Made by a program: the position numbers and the translations under genes. The notes below the pieces were generated by a model, which searched no databases, was not told where the DNA came from, and saw only the letters and a list, made by a program, of their open reading frames with translations. 64,000 nucleotides of DNA from Octopus vulgaris. Its lineage: Eukaryota. The DNA is taken from NCBI GenBank assembly GCA_951406725.2, contig OX597830.1, forward strand, positions 74,772,001-74,836,000. The letters are read 5' to 3'. Each line of letters opens with the position of its first letter. Positions within the stretch are counted from its first letter, which is position 1. This document shows, piece by piece, positions 1-15,168 of the stretch.

Positions 1-136
1 AGTATACATACCTATTAACAGATGTGTGTTTATTGCACAAAATACAGTTTGTGTATATGTATATACATGACGTATATATAGATACATATGTGCATATATA
101 TATGTACATACACACACACACACATATATGTATTTA

Positions 137-337
137 TAGTTGAAACTTAAAGAAAAACTAAAGACGAAGACAGGTGTATAAACAACAAGCAGGTGTATTA
201 TTTTGACATTCGGAAAGGTGAGAAAGTTTTTTACGTTTCGAGCCTACGCTCTTCAACAGAAAGGGACACTATGAAATAAACACAGAGAGAATTTTTTAAA
301 AAACCCCAAAAAGCTTGTGGATTTAGCGGTCAATCAG
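137..337 (-). mobile_element. Short TA-associated element, family D (Penelope-like terminus with hammerhead-like core)
   Basis: Reverse complement aligns with 12834-13009 and 19433-19588 and contains CTGTTGAA-GAGC-GTAG-GCTC-GAAACGT. Confidence 0.7.
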
Positions 338-1061
338 ATACATACACAAATACACTTAACCACAGAAAAAACACACTAGAATAAGCACAAACGCAAACAG
401 TATATACACAACCTCAGTTAGACACACACACATGCACACACAGACACATACATACATATACATACATACATGCTTATATATACACACATATTAGACCTTT
501 CTATTGAAACTTTAATATTCTCCCCACCTTCTAGAACCCGGTACGCTTTCTGTTTCTTTGTAGTTGCATCAACAATGCATGCTATCCTCTGCTTCAAAAT
601 TACACACAGTGTCACAAAGAAAGTAAGTAATTCAATGAATGACGGAAATTTAACAGCAGGCTAACTTCAATACGCCAAACGCTGGAAAAGATACGGAGAA
701 AAAATCCCGTCAGATGCTCTCTTGATTCCGCTCACCTACAAAAATTTGTTCCCCCTTTATTGATCCCAACTGGATGAATGAAAAGAACTGAAAACGTTGG
801 GAATATGTATATTAATACGTTTTGTGAGATTATTTATAATTAAAACCATTCAGTTGAAACCAACTGGCTGAAACAAAACTTTTCAAACACGTGCTACGCA
901 CATGTTTCGTCGGTCAGCCATTTTGGAATGACAGTATAAATGGCTGACTTTCTGAGTTAAATTATCAATACTTAACTCGATTATTGACTATTTTTGTAAC
1001 CTAGTGTTCAACACAAACAACTACGATAACACACACAGAAAGCACTTACACACACACACAA

Positions 1062-1102
<41 letters not shown>

Positions 1103-1264
1103 CATACACACACACTTACACACTTACACACACACATGTAGATAAGCATTTATGTGTGTATATTCAGAAGTATTCGATTATAATTGTTTCTGTAGAGAGA
1201 TGTATTAACATGCGTTGATGAAGATATCTATCTGTCTGTAAGTCTGTCTCTCTTCTTCTGTTTC

Positions 1265-1358
<94 letters not shown>

Positions 1359-1465
1359 AGTATGTATATATATATGTATGTATATGTGTGTATATATCTA
1401 TGCATGTATCTTACTATTATCAATAAATATATTTATATATATATATATGTGTGTGTATAGGTATT

Positions 1466-1501
<36 letters not shown>

Positions 1502-1657
1502 TGCATGTATGTATATATCTAAGCATGTGTCTTACTATTATTAATAAATATATTTATAAATATATGCATATATATGTATACAAGTACTGTATATGCATAT
1601 AAATATCTATCTATATACCCATATGTATGTATGTGCACACACACGCGCGCGCACACA

Positions 1658-1688
<31 letters not shown>

Positions 1689-2294
1689 ATATATTCAAGT
1701 ACCGCATACAGCTACACGTGCTCAATCCTCCATTTATTTATTTTTTTATATATTTCTTCCAGTTAAAAATCTTTATTTATTTTTCTACAAAATCTCAAAA
1801 TCTCTAAAGTTTAAAACCTCATCTGTTTAATCACCGTGCTGAAAGCCGGACATTTTACCGAGGTTTTCAACCATTTATTTGATTTCATTTTTTAATCTTT
1901 TTTTTTGTTTTTGTTTTCTGTTGAGGTTATTTTATTTTGTTTATTTGTTTGTTCGTTTTGCTTTTATTTCTTCCACCGATTCTGCACTTTTATTTATGTG
2001 CATGTATACGTCTCTCAGCAATTAGAGGCTAAAACAAATACGTTTATAAACATATATGTACGCAGATGTCTACATATATATACAAGCACATACACACACA
2101 TACACACACATATATATGCAAGTGAATACACTGAGACTGATAGTAACATTAACATATATATATATATATGTACACACGTATTACAGATTTCAGATGCAAG
2201 CAAACGCCAACACCTATACAGACGCATTCCAACCCACACGCATATCTATATATATATATATATATGAAAAGATGGAGTGAGAAGAGAGAAAGCG

Positions 2295-2352
<58 letters not shown>

Positions 2353-2375
2353 ATGTATAAATGTCTATACTCGTC

Positions 2376-2417
<42 letters not shown>

Positions 2418-2714
2418 GATGGATCTTGCATCTTTATAGCCGGTAATAGCAATTAAAACTACAATTTCATAACATCGATAGTCCGTATTTCATGTAATGA
2501 AAAGTGGTAACATGAATCTCAGACTAAAGACGCTGAAGCAAACCATGATTCTTAAAGACTTTTACTTTCTCAATCATTCTACTTTCCAATATATATACAC
2601 ACATAACCCCACCTCCAATACCTACATATATACACGTGTATGTATGTATGTATGTATATATGTATGTACGTATGTACGTGCGTATGTATGTATGTATGTA
2701 TGTATGTATGTATG

Positions 2715-2746
<32 letters not shown>

Positions 2747-2794
2747 CTTATAAGTGTGTGTATAGGTATGCATATACATCTATATATGTATATG

Positions 2795-2841
<47 letters not shown>

Positions 2842-3139
2842 ATGTATATGTATATATATATGTGATATATATGTGTATATGCATATATGTATATATATAT
2901 ATATATATATGTCCATGTGTATATATGTATATATGTACGTATGTATAATGTCTATCGCGATGCACGTGCAGGTGGAACAAATATTTCCTTCCATACGATC
3001 AGACACACCCATTTTCGTATCTAAACGTATGATTATGCACACTAATACACAAAACACACACATATACGCACACACACAGACACACATATACATACATATA
3101 ATGCATACGTACATTCATCCACACATTCATATACATACG

Positions 3140-3183
<44 letters not shown>

Positions 3184-3633
3184 TAACCTTCGCACAGACA
3201 CACATTCACATGTATGGTATCAAATATACACCACATAGCCATATAACCAAGATATATGGATTGTGACAGAGTAAATCTCTGGATGTCGCCAGACTGGGTG
3301 TCATGTTATAACACCCCAAACCACTCCAGCTGGTGCCTGGAAGCGAGGAATCGTCTATCTGATTACCTCGACGCGCTAGAAATAGCAGCTAAATTTCACT
3401 CGGATAAAACAATAATTGCTTTTAAATTTGAACCCTGTAAGTCGGCTCCTAGCATGATCTCTGTTCAATGGTTGAACTAAATAAAAAGATTTTCATGTAT
3501 ATGTGTGCTTGTATATGTATGCACGAATGTTTATATGTATATATGTATGTATGTATGTACGTATGTATGCGTGTATGTATGTGTGTGTATTTATATATAT
3601 ATACGTATGTATGTGCGTATGAACGCACGTGTG

Positions 3634-3675
<42 letters not shown>

Positions 3676-3759
3676 TGTATATATATACATATATACAAAT
3701 ATATATACATATATATATGTATATCTATCTATCTATCTATCTATATATCTATCTATCTA

Positions 3760-3810
<51 letters not shown>

Positions 3811-4114
3811 ATAAATATTATTATATCCTTTATTCTAGTTCTCTATTAGAAATTAAAACGTAATTAAGGTTTTACCTTCAGTGTAGAAAGTAGATACAAA
3901 AGAGAAAATGACCTTTTGATTGATATCTGCAAAAACAATGCGAATTATTTGTGGGTGTGCCCCTGTTAGATGGGAACCATTTGTTGCCTTACGTGAAATT
4001 CAGCTGATACAAATGCCAGTCTTGGTGTCTCATTAAGACTTCCAAACTCTCCCAGCAATCTCAGAAGATCTTTACAAATTATTTCTATCATATGTAAAAA
4101 CATGGCTTTGTTGT

Positions 4115-4545
<431 letters not shown>

Positions 4546-5107
4546 ACAACCTGGAAGAAGGGTTATTATATATCACATATTTAGAACTAAAGTGAATGAA
4601 TGCTTAAACAAAAGAACTCTTCTTTTGAGCCTCTCGTTGCTTGCTCAACTCGTTGGAAATAACAACGTAATTTACCTCAATGATTTAAACAACATGATGA
4701 TATATTTGAAACGTACATCTTACACATAAAAACACGTGATGGCTCCAGCTGGTATGTCAGTAATCGTTAATACGCTCAACACGCAAAAGCAACAACAACA
4801 CAAAAAATACAAAACTGATCTTCTTCTTTAGGATTATCCCGAATCAGTGATGATATTTTAATATACCGTGAAAATATAACTTCGTTTTTGATGTTATATA
4901 TTTCCTTGAAAATATACAATAGCGGAATCTGTAAAATAGCGGCTACAGTAGATATCTGTTTAGTTAAGTAATTTACATTCTAACGACAAATTAGAAATCT
5001 ATACACATGAGTTGTACACACACATACGTACATACATGAATATATATATATATGTATATGTTTGTATATATATATACAAACATATACATATGTTTGTATA
5101 CATAAGT

Positions 5108-5332
5108 CTGAGGAACTAGCACAAAGTAGATGTAGCGGTTTTTAAATCAAAGCTGGACATCTTCCTGTCAAGAGTCCCAGATGAACCTACCTCACGGCAA
5201 GAGGTGCAAATGAGAGTAGCTGTATCAAACTCCATTCTTCACCAAGTGCAACATATTAGACGAGGTTCGTCGTAATAACAGTGTAGCACAAAACGGCGGT
5301 GCATCAGCATGGCCGCAGCTCTGAGCTGAAAC

Positions 5333-5336
<4 letters not shown>
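5108..5336 (+). pseudogene. 5'-truncated CR1-type LINE: ORF2 C-terminus plus 3' tail
   Basis: Frame 5108-5275 reads LRN*HKVDVAVFKSKLDIFLSRVPDEPTSRQEVQMRVAVSNSILHQVQHIRRGSS*. FKxKLDxFL..VPDEP is typical of the end of CR1-clade ORF2. It is followed by the tail ggcggtgcatcagcatggccgcag...ctgaaactaaa. Confidence 0.75.
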
Positions 5337-5375
<39 letters not shown>

Positions 5376-6099
5376 TTGTGAAATAGAAACGTCGACACAT
5401 ACACACAAATAACCAGAGGAGCTACATGAAAATAAATTTCACTTCCATAAAACAAAACCGGAAGAAAGAATACCGGAAGTAACGTACGCAGATAACCAAC
5501 GAAGGATATTATATATTTTAGCAGGTGGTATGACTTAGAAGCAAACAATTTATTTACATTCTGGACAGTGACATAATACCGTGTAATATACTTGTATATA
5601 TATTCAATACATGTATTTGCTTGTGTGTATTTGTATATACTTACATGCACACACATTCATACGCATACACAGAAACACACACACACACAATCATGTATGT
5701 ATGTACATTTACATACGTATATGCAAATACATATATGTGTAGATTTGTGTCATAGTAATTCTCAGAATGTATACACGTATGTATGTATGATTATAGTATA
5801 TACAGTAAAAATATCTTGCAACTATTACTAAGTTGAAAGCGCACATATATATATATATATATATGTAACTGTCTCTGCACACATATACATAACTATATGC
5901 ATAACACTATATCTATTACAAGATCTGTTTGATATATGGTCAGGCTTCTCTGGAGCATGATAATTTGATATCTTCTATAATTAAGTTTCTTTCTTGGTGG
6001 TTTGGTACATCCATTGATGTTGTATAAAACCAATGGATGCAGCAGCTACTTTATTCACTCAATCAGACATACACGCACGCATACATATTGTATGTGGCT

Positions 6100-6192
<93 letters not shown>

Positions 6193-6226
6193 TATATATA
6201 TATTTTTATATATGTATGTATGTATG

Positions 6227-6271
<45 letters not shown>

Positions 6272-6496
6272 TTATATTTATGTCTGTATGTGTGTGAGTA
6301 TGTGTGTTTGTATTTGTATATATTTATACATATATATATGTATGTATATGTATATATATATATATATATATTTATTTATAAATATATACAGTAAAAGAAA
6401 GTGAAGCTCAAACATGTATAGCTGTATATATATATGTGTATACATACATATACATATATATATATGCATGTATATGTATGTATATATATACATATA

Positions 6497-6538
<42 letters not shown>

Positions 6539-6913
6539 TATATACATATATATATGTATATATGTATATTTGCGTATATATGTATGTATATTTGTATGTA
6601 CATATGTATATACAAGCATGTTATTATCTATGAACATATGTATGTGCACACATGTGTGTGAGTGTATGTGTGCGTGCGTGCCCGCGCGCGTGTGTGTATA
6701 TGTGTGAGTAGGTATATATCTATGCATATGCAGTGAAGGTACGATAGTGTATGGCGTAGAATATAAACAAGCAAGAAATAAATGTTTATTTACATACGAT
6801 TCTGAAGCGACACATTCAAAGATACACGTATGTATATCCATATATAGACATATAGAGACACAGAAACACATGCATACCAATAAGTATATACCTACCTACC
6901 TACCTCCCCCCTC

Positions 6914-6978
<65 letters not shown>

Positions 6979-7022
6979 TTAACTATCTATCTATCCATAT
7001 GTCTATCTGTCTGATAGAGATT

Positions 7023-7083
<61 letters not shown>

Positions 7084-7149
7084 CTCTACCTATCTACCTA
7101 TCTATCTACATAGATGTTTATGTATGTATATATATGTGACTATTTCAAG

Positions 7150-7318
7150 TGGCCAGCGCAGCCAAATTCAGTGTCACGCTGAATCTCTCTGAGAATTTAC
7201 GTTAAAGGTATCGTATCCATTGAGTGCTCAGCCACTTACAATTCAATTTCACGAGCAAGCTGCTCCGTTGGTCCGACACGCTGGAACTCTCGTCGCCGTA
7301 ATCTACGGAGAGCCAGTT
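7150..7318 (+). mobile_element. Unclassified interspersed repeat fragment (retroposon-like 3' part)
   Basis: GC-richer island between microsatellites. The segment gtcacgctgaatctctctgagaatttacg has a decayed inverted match near 50495-50535. Confidence 0.35.
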
Positions 7319-8047
7319 GTATATATATACATATATATGTGTGTGTGTGCGTGTGTGTGTGTATGTACATAATGATTGTATGTGGAGGTAGTTTCTTATT
7401 TTATTTATTTAATGTAACAACACATTTTATTCTTGCAAAATAAAAAAAATATTAAAAGAGACAGAAAAGATGAATCCAACTAATAAACAAGTAAGTTTGT
7501 GTTCTTATTAACATGGGTGAGATAAGACAAACGCACCGATAATTACTATAAATTTGTTGGCTTCAACAAGGTTAATTTGGGTCAAACAGCAATATTCTAC
7601 ATCAACATGTGTAAATTATTTCACATGTGCTTCCGTTCCGGGTCATTAATCACAGACTCTTTTGGACCAATATTATCTAAAAAAAAAAAAAAGAGAAAGA
7701 ATAAATAAAAAGAAAAAGAAAGAAGCAAATTAAGAAAGAAAAAAAGAGAATAATTGTTAGCTTGGCGATTAAGCTGATTCTTATTATTAATAATACTAAA
7801 TAGTGTGAAATCAGACAAAATGGACGTATGTAGATGTTTGTTAGTGTTTAATTGTTCGTTTTCTGTTTTTCTTTTTGGGATATGTCGCTTGGTGACATAA
7901 ATAAGTTTATGTGTGTATAAGTGTGTGTGTATATATACGTATATACATACATACATACATACACGTGTACGAACGTACGTACGCACGCACACATATATTC
8001 ATAGAAATACACCCAAGCACCACACGCATTTAAAACACAATCAAAGG

Positions 8048-8138
<91 letters not shown>

Positions 8139-8276
8139 AGAGAGACGGTTATACAGACAGATAAACAGAGAGACACAGATCAATGTATAGACAAATATGC
8201 GTATGTTTGTGAATGTGTCTCTGAATAAGCATATCTATGTCTGTGGTATACACATACAGGCACACATACTCACGCA

Positions 8277-8362
<86 letters not shown>

Positions 8363-8365
8363 TAT

Positions 8366-8424
<59 letters not shown>

Positions 8425-8840
8425 TATATATATTTATATATATATACATACATATATACATACACAAGGATATTTTGCTCAGTCCTTGCATCATATTATA
8501 TTTCTAACCAGTTCAATCGGATAATTAATTAAGAAATTAACACATGAAGGAAGAGATCAGCCTCTCTTTCATCAGACAGAAAAAAAAGGAAATAAAATAA
8601 AATAACAAATGATGATAACGGCTAAGGTTTTTCAACTTTCGTAACACTCCATTGTGCCTTCATCAACCACTTTGTTGATTTAATCATATGAAAATGGATC
8701 ACAGTATATTAGCTTCGATTATTTTCTCTGTCTGGCTGATACGACATCGATACATTCTTACATATGTCTGTATTTGTATCTATGTTCCTCTATACACATA
8801 TATGCACACCCAAAAAACATAAAGTCATTTACGTGTGCAC

Positions 8841-8908
<68 letters not shown>

Positions 8909-9074
8909 GGACAGTATGTATGTGTGTGTGTGTCTATGAGTGCATGCATATATATATGTATATATATCTGAGTGTGGATGTGTGTATGTACGTATGTAAA
9001 CGATTCATTTCACTTGAACACCAGTACTTACAGACGTGTGATGAAAAGACGCATTACAGTTAGATAATCTTAAC

Positions 9075-9137
<63 letters not shown>

Positions 9138-10719
9138 TTTTCGCTTTGGGATTCTTTATGTGAGTTCGTGTATTGAAGCATATTCTGTTGTGTCTGGGGA
9201 AAGTCATTTTCTTTTTGTGCCTTATAATTTAACACACTCACCGGAAAGATTTCCACTTATTTCTTATTTTTATTTTCCTAAAATTTCCGTTGTGTCTGGC
9301 AACCTTTTCAACAATAGTCTTGACTATATATATATTTATATATATACAGACATATATATATGTAAGTACATGACATAACTAATTCATGGACGTGTAAAGA
9401 AAATGAAATATAGGTCTTTGCAATACAATCATTTTAACTTTTTGTTCATGATTTGTTCGGCAGGGTTCCTTTTATGTGTGTATTTTAACTTCGTGTGATT
9501 CCAAAGTCTAATGATCTTGCTGATGCTGGCTGTGTTAGTGTTGCAGTCGTTTTTGCTCTTACTTTCCACCTAATCAACACTGATCGTTCAGATAAACAAA
9601 GAAATTCATTCCATACGTGACCGTTTCAGTCAGCTGAAAATCCATGATCATCTTTAATAAGTTTCCTTTTAAAGTTGTAGGGATTTTAGTTTTAATCTCT
9701 AGCAGTAGTGACCCCGCTGGACCTGGAGGTTTTCTTTTTTATTTTATATAGTGGACAATAAATTTTCGGGGTTACATCCCAAATTATTCTTGAGTTTTTA
9801 TTTTAGTCATTGTTGTGTGTTTGGCGTATTATCACTTCTAAAAGGTCTACGATATGCTCAAAGACATTCCAAACATGAGCCTCCAGTTCTCTTTTAATAT
9901 CTGTAAATGTTTAGCGCATATATTTCCACATATTTGGTCAGATAGTATAGTGAGATTTTGGGAAGATATTGTTGCTATTTCTGGCAACCCGACTGACATA
10001 TGCTGGGTGGTTATTATTTTCATGTGTGCTTGTCGGTGCTTAGCCCCAACTCAGTTGCAACCTATGTAATATCAATGTGATTCCAAGCATGAAATACCCA
10101 CCCATTATAAGTGTTTATTGTAGCTTCAACAAATAGGTTATAGCTAGAATCATATCTTTAAATCTGTGCATTTTTCGTACTAAAGCGGAAAGTGTTTCGT
10201 GTTTTGAAGTTGATTTGATTTTCATTTCTAACAAGGTGAGTGATCAAATAGAACTTCTCGGTATTTTGTCGTCGGCCCTGAACTGTAGAAGGCACTTCTT
10301 GGAATATATATAATATAACTTACCATCGTTTTATGTACATAGAGCAACGTCAAAGAATTTAGTCCAAAACAACGCAACGACGGAAGTACTTATTTCACAC
10401 TGGTACTTTATTAAATCTCTAAATTATCTCAATATAAACGAGCATAGCATTGTCAACAACGGAATCAGAGTAACATACATAAATATATTGGCATCTATGT
10501 GTTTAGCAGGCTTCAGCAGAGTTTCCGTTTACCATCTCAGATCACAATGTATTCGTTAGTGTGGGTGCACTGCAAACTTCTAAACCTCACAACCACTCAC
10601 CCATGTCTGCGCCGATTGCAGTTCTTTTCTTTTTGTATTTGGGAAGATATATGGGTATGTATGTATGTATGTATGTATGTATGTATGTATGTATGTATGT
10701 ATGTATGTATGTATGCATG

Positions 10720-10754
<35 letters not shown>

Positions 10755-10910
10755 CTATGTGTGCGTGTGTGTGTATATACATATATATGTAATATATGTG
10801 CATGTATGTATTATACATGTATACATATATATATGTGTGTGTGTGTGTGTGTATGTGTGTGTGTATACATATATATGTAATATATATGCATGTATGTATT
10901 ATACATGTAT

Positions 10911-10941
<31 letters not shown>

Positions 10942-11139
10942 CAAACACACACACATATATATATATATAGCGGTTCTTATCAATTATTCATTTGTATTTT
11001 TTTGACACCTTGTATGGCTTGTGCGATTAGACAGAGTTAAAAAGTTGCTTATAACCATTACCATATGTTAGAAAAAATATTCAGAAATCCTCTGTGATAA
11101 TCCAGCCATACATTACCATTTGACAGTCAGCAGCTAATG

Positions 11140-11345
11140 AGGGAGATTCTCAATGTGGTCGGCCAAATCTACTAGAAATAGAAACCAAATCCCTCTGAAT
11201 TCACACTAGAATAGCAACATCTTAAAATTCTCATACATTGAAGGGGAAGGGGAAGACGAGATGACATTGGTGGTTGGATTCGTTGATGGTAGATGTATTT
11301 ATTCGTATAAAGGTGACCTGCAGCTAAACAACTGCAGGAACAGTA
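11140..11345 (+). mobile_element. Old interspersed repeat, family F/G
   Basis: Core ctactagaaatagaaaccaaat, also seen at ~3376, ~4654, ~30374, ~39773 and ~58353, and inverted at ~9970, ~11566, ~15432 and ~61196. Same layout as 30345-30570 and 4628-4800. Confidence 0.55.
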
Positions 11346-11727
11346 CCAGATATCTGCCAACCAAGTGCATCTTATAACCATGCTTTAAAATATATATACT
11401 GGCGTAGATATGTTAGACTAAAACCTCTTCAAGGCGTGCCTCAGGATGATCGCAGTTCACTGACTGAAAAAACTAAAAAATGAAATATGAAAATATTCAT
11501 TTATCTGTTGATCAAATGAAGCGTAAATCGGCAACCGGAAGGTAGCCTGTGAATCGCATAAGAATTGGCTGCAATTTCTAGCCCGAAAACCAACCGGGAA
11601 GAGAATTTCTTCCTAACTCCTCTTACTATTGGATTTGTGGTGAGTGTATTTACAGATTAGAATAATAATTACAAGATGTTTTGGTGCAAATATTAATGAA
11701 TTCTACATCAAGGTTTACTATACTGTT

Positions 11728-11938
11728 TTCTACCCTAGACACAAGGCTCGAAATTTTTGGGGAGGGGACTAGTCGATTAGATCGACCACAGTACGCAGCT
11801 GGTACTTAATTTATCGACTCCGAAAGGATGAAAAGCAAAGTCGACCTCGGCGGAATTTGAACTCAGAACGTAGCGGCAGACGAAATACTGTTAAGCATTT
11901 CGCCTGGCGTGTTAACGTTTCCGTCAGCTCGCCGCCTT
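11728..11938 (-). mobile_element. SINE family A, near full length
   Basis: Reverse complement aligns over ~200 bp with 18262-18494. The flanks aaggtttactatact (~11710) and aagatttattatatt (11941) look like a decayed target-site duplication (12/15). Confidence 0.9.
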
Positions 11939-12089
11939 TAAAGATTTATTATATTAACTATATTATTTTAGTTCGAGATATCTTCTGTTGGATTAAAGAT
12001 TGACTTGAAATTTTATCTTATTTTGCGATCAAATTACCTTTATTTTAGGTTCAAAATCTTAAACCATACAGTGTAAAGTTCTCACAGAT

Positions 12090-13440
12090 AATCTAAGCCC
12101 AGATTCACTTCACTAATTTCGTGCGATAAATATTTTTCAGTTTTTTAATCTACTGGTATATAAAAAATATCTTCGGAAAGCTTTTGTCCTGTGATCTAAG
12201 CTCAGTGAAATAAAGCCTTTCTAGCAATATAAACAAATAAATAAACAAAAGAAAAAATTGCATATAGAATCGGAATGGGTCAAATTCATATGAAGCTGTG
12301 AATCATCTTGTAGTCTCAGCGCAATGTATATAACTAATTCTTTTACCATTAATCAAAATAGGAACTTCACTGTATAAAATCTATGCATTGCAATCAGTGA
12401 TCATATAAACCACGTCTAAGAGTAAAAAATATAATCTATATTCCTTGTATTCAGTTATTGTTTTAATCTGGGATAGTAAAAACAAATTATTAGTTTGTAA
12501 ATATTTACTCATTGCGATTATTAAAAGCGAATTTTTAGCAAAACTACCTGGGTAAAAATTATCCTGCCATATTTCATGTTCTGATCTTTGCTCATTGCAG
12601 TAAAAGCTCATTGATATTTTAACTATGGAAAATATCACTTAAGGTTGTGCCAGTTTATTATAAATATTATTATACATCTTTATTCCTGTGTCCGAAAACC
12701 AGTAAAACTGTGCCTTCACACACACACACACACACACACGTGTACATACACGCCCAGCGCGCGTACACACACAGACACACATATATGCATATAAGATAGA
12801 GAGAGAAAAGGACAATATATATATATATATATAGATCGTTAGCCACTACACACATTTTTCTCTCCTTGTTTCTTTCTGTGTCCCTTTCTGTAGAAGAGCG
12901 TAGGATCGAAACGTAAAAGACTTTTTTCTATTCCTGAGCGTTATACTAATACATCTGTTTGTTTTGTACACCACCTGTCTTCGTCTTTTTTTTTTCGTAA
13001 ACTCTCCTTATATATATATATATATATGTATATATATGTACGTGTGTTGTAATATATAATAGATATAATAAGTTGATATTTACTCATTGCATTTTAAAAC
13101 GAAAAGGCTCATGTAAGGGAAACCAATTGGGGAAACTGCGTTCAAACATATGCTCAAATATCACTTGATCTTAACGCAATGAAATAAAGATCATTCTTAT
13201 TTTTTAAGTATGAAAATATATCACTTAAGATGACCTTAGTTTATAAATCTTAATTCCTACGATCGGAAACCACTTAGACTAAGCTGTCTAGGAATTTATT
13301 TTACACTGAAAAAAATCACTTAAAATACCCACAGTGGATAAATTTCGTATGTTATCTAAGCTCAGTGGATAAATCTTTAATACTTGCGATCAGAAACCAC
13401 TTAAACTAAGCTCGCTAGGGAAACTATTTCGTGCAATCCG
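12090..13440 (+). repeat. Degenerate tandem/satellite-like array (~128-bp period where clearest), interrupted by a family D insertion
   Basis: gatcggaaaccacttagactaagctgtctagg (13261) matches gatcagaaaccacttaaactaagctcgctagg (13388). The motifs aaatatcacttaa, tctaagctcagtg and atatttactcattgc recur from 12090 to 13400. Confidence 0.55.
12834..13009 (+). mobile_element. Family D element inserted in (TA)n
   Basis: (TA)n on both sides; contains ctgtagaa-gagcgtaggatc-gaaacgt; homologous to 137-337 and 19433-19588. Confidence 0.8.
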
Positions 13441-13977
13441 CTTTATATATCATCACCGGGATAATTGTTAGCGCAGATTCGTCTCACTTGAAAAGCTCAG
13501 TCATCGGAAACTATCATATCGTAGAAATCGATTGAAACATTTCTCTTCTACTATTTCTTCTCTCAAGAATATCGATTAATTCATTCAGCGAATATTCACT
13601 GATCTAGCGTCAGAGTACAGAACTATGATATATCGGTCAGTCTTTAAAAATATAAGTCGATCAAAAGGACATTCTAACAGACACAGAAACACGCATATAC
13701 ACACGCACATACACATTCAAGCACACGTGTACGCATACACACACACACTCAAGCACACAAGCACAAACTAATATGCTATGCCACAAACACAAAACATACA
13801 CATATAGGTCCACATATGTATTTTTAGTTTATATTTAATTGAATCTTACTTCATATAGGTAAATAGGCACGTGACTATGGATATGATTGTATGTATATAT
13901 ATGCGGTCATCTCCCTCACTTTCTGTATGTGTGCATATACATTCATAAAACTATAACCATGCAAACATATACACCAA

Positions 13978-14034
<57 letters not shown>

Positions 14035-14335
14035 TTGCACCTTACCACACCCAAACTAGTTAGATATAATTATTTAGATCACCAACACTATATCCTCTTT
14101 GGAGTCTGAGGAAAAAAAAAGCTGCTATCAAACACTGCAGCAGAAATAGTAACAATAACAAGAGCAACAACAACAACAACCAACAGCAACAACAAACAAA
14201 TCAACAACAAAACAGCAATAAGAAAGCTACAAAACATCTTAGAATTCATTTCAATAATATAGATTTATGTATTATTTTATATTCACACGTTCTATTTTTA
14301 AATATATAACAGTATGTGTTCGTGTTATATATACA

Positions 14336-14371
<36 letters not shown>

Positions 14372-14423
14372 TGTATGTATGTATGTATGTATGTATGTAT
14401 GTATGTATGTATGTGTGTATGTA

Positions 14424-14472
<49 letters not shown>

Positions 14473-14594
14473 GTGCATATGTGTGGGTGGTTGTGCGAGT
14501 GTGAATGTGTATGTATTATTGTTTGCATATGTGCATGTATATGGAGAGATACGTGTCCTTACATAGTTCTTCATCTGTGTGTATTTGTGTGTTT

Positions 14595-14640
<46 letters not shown>

Positions 14641-14873
14641 GTATATGTTATACATAAGATTAACCTATGCGTATATGTATATTGAATATAATAATGCACA
14701 CGAAGTGTACGTATTTCACATTTACACACATATGATGGTGTCACATGTGCCGGGCTTACAACAGCTAAAAAAGCGTTACGATTATTGTATCGTTGACACA
14801 GAAACTTCAAGTTATGAAAGTAAGTCTCCGTACCTATACCATTCAATAAATGCATAAACGTACACACATATCG

Positions 14874-14938
<65 letters not shown>

Positions 14939-14940
<2 letters not shown>

Positions 14941-15168
14941 GAGGCGCAATGGCCCAGTGGTTAGGGCAGCGGACTTGCGGTCGGAGGATCTCGGTTTCGA
15001 TTCCCAGACCGGGCGTTGTGTGTGTGTTTATTGAGCGAAAACACCTAAAAGCTCCACGAGGCTCCGGCAGGGGATGGTGGTGATCCCTGCTGTACTCTTT
15101 CACCACTCTAAAGGCGGTGCTCCAGCATGGCCGCAGTCAAATGACTGAAACAAGTACAAAAAAAAAAA
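14939..15168 (+). mobile_element. tRNA-derived SINE: family B head fused to family C/LINE tail
   Basis: A box TGGCCCAGTGG at 14950-14960 and B box GGTTTCGATTCCC at 14993-15005, with a tRNA-Arg-like head. Aligns with the 28029-28329 copy up to ~15106, then switches to aaggcggtgctccagcatggccgcagtcaaatgactgaaacaagta plus an A tract. Confidence 0.9.

Noticed and set aside
12090-13440. CRISPR-like repeat-spacer array
   Set aside because: Repeats are divergent and irregular, the context is eukaryotic, and there are no cas genes.
14046-14105. 60-nt minus-strand exon with good acceptor (tttttttcctcag) and donor (gtaagg)
   Set aside because: All three frames contain stops. It could only be non-coding, and there is no other support.
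14941-15012. tRNA gene (also the minus-strand head at ~28255-28329)
   Set aside because: A and B boxes are present, but there is no good acceptor stem and the sequence runs into a multi-copy SINE body.
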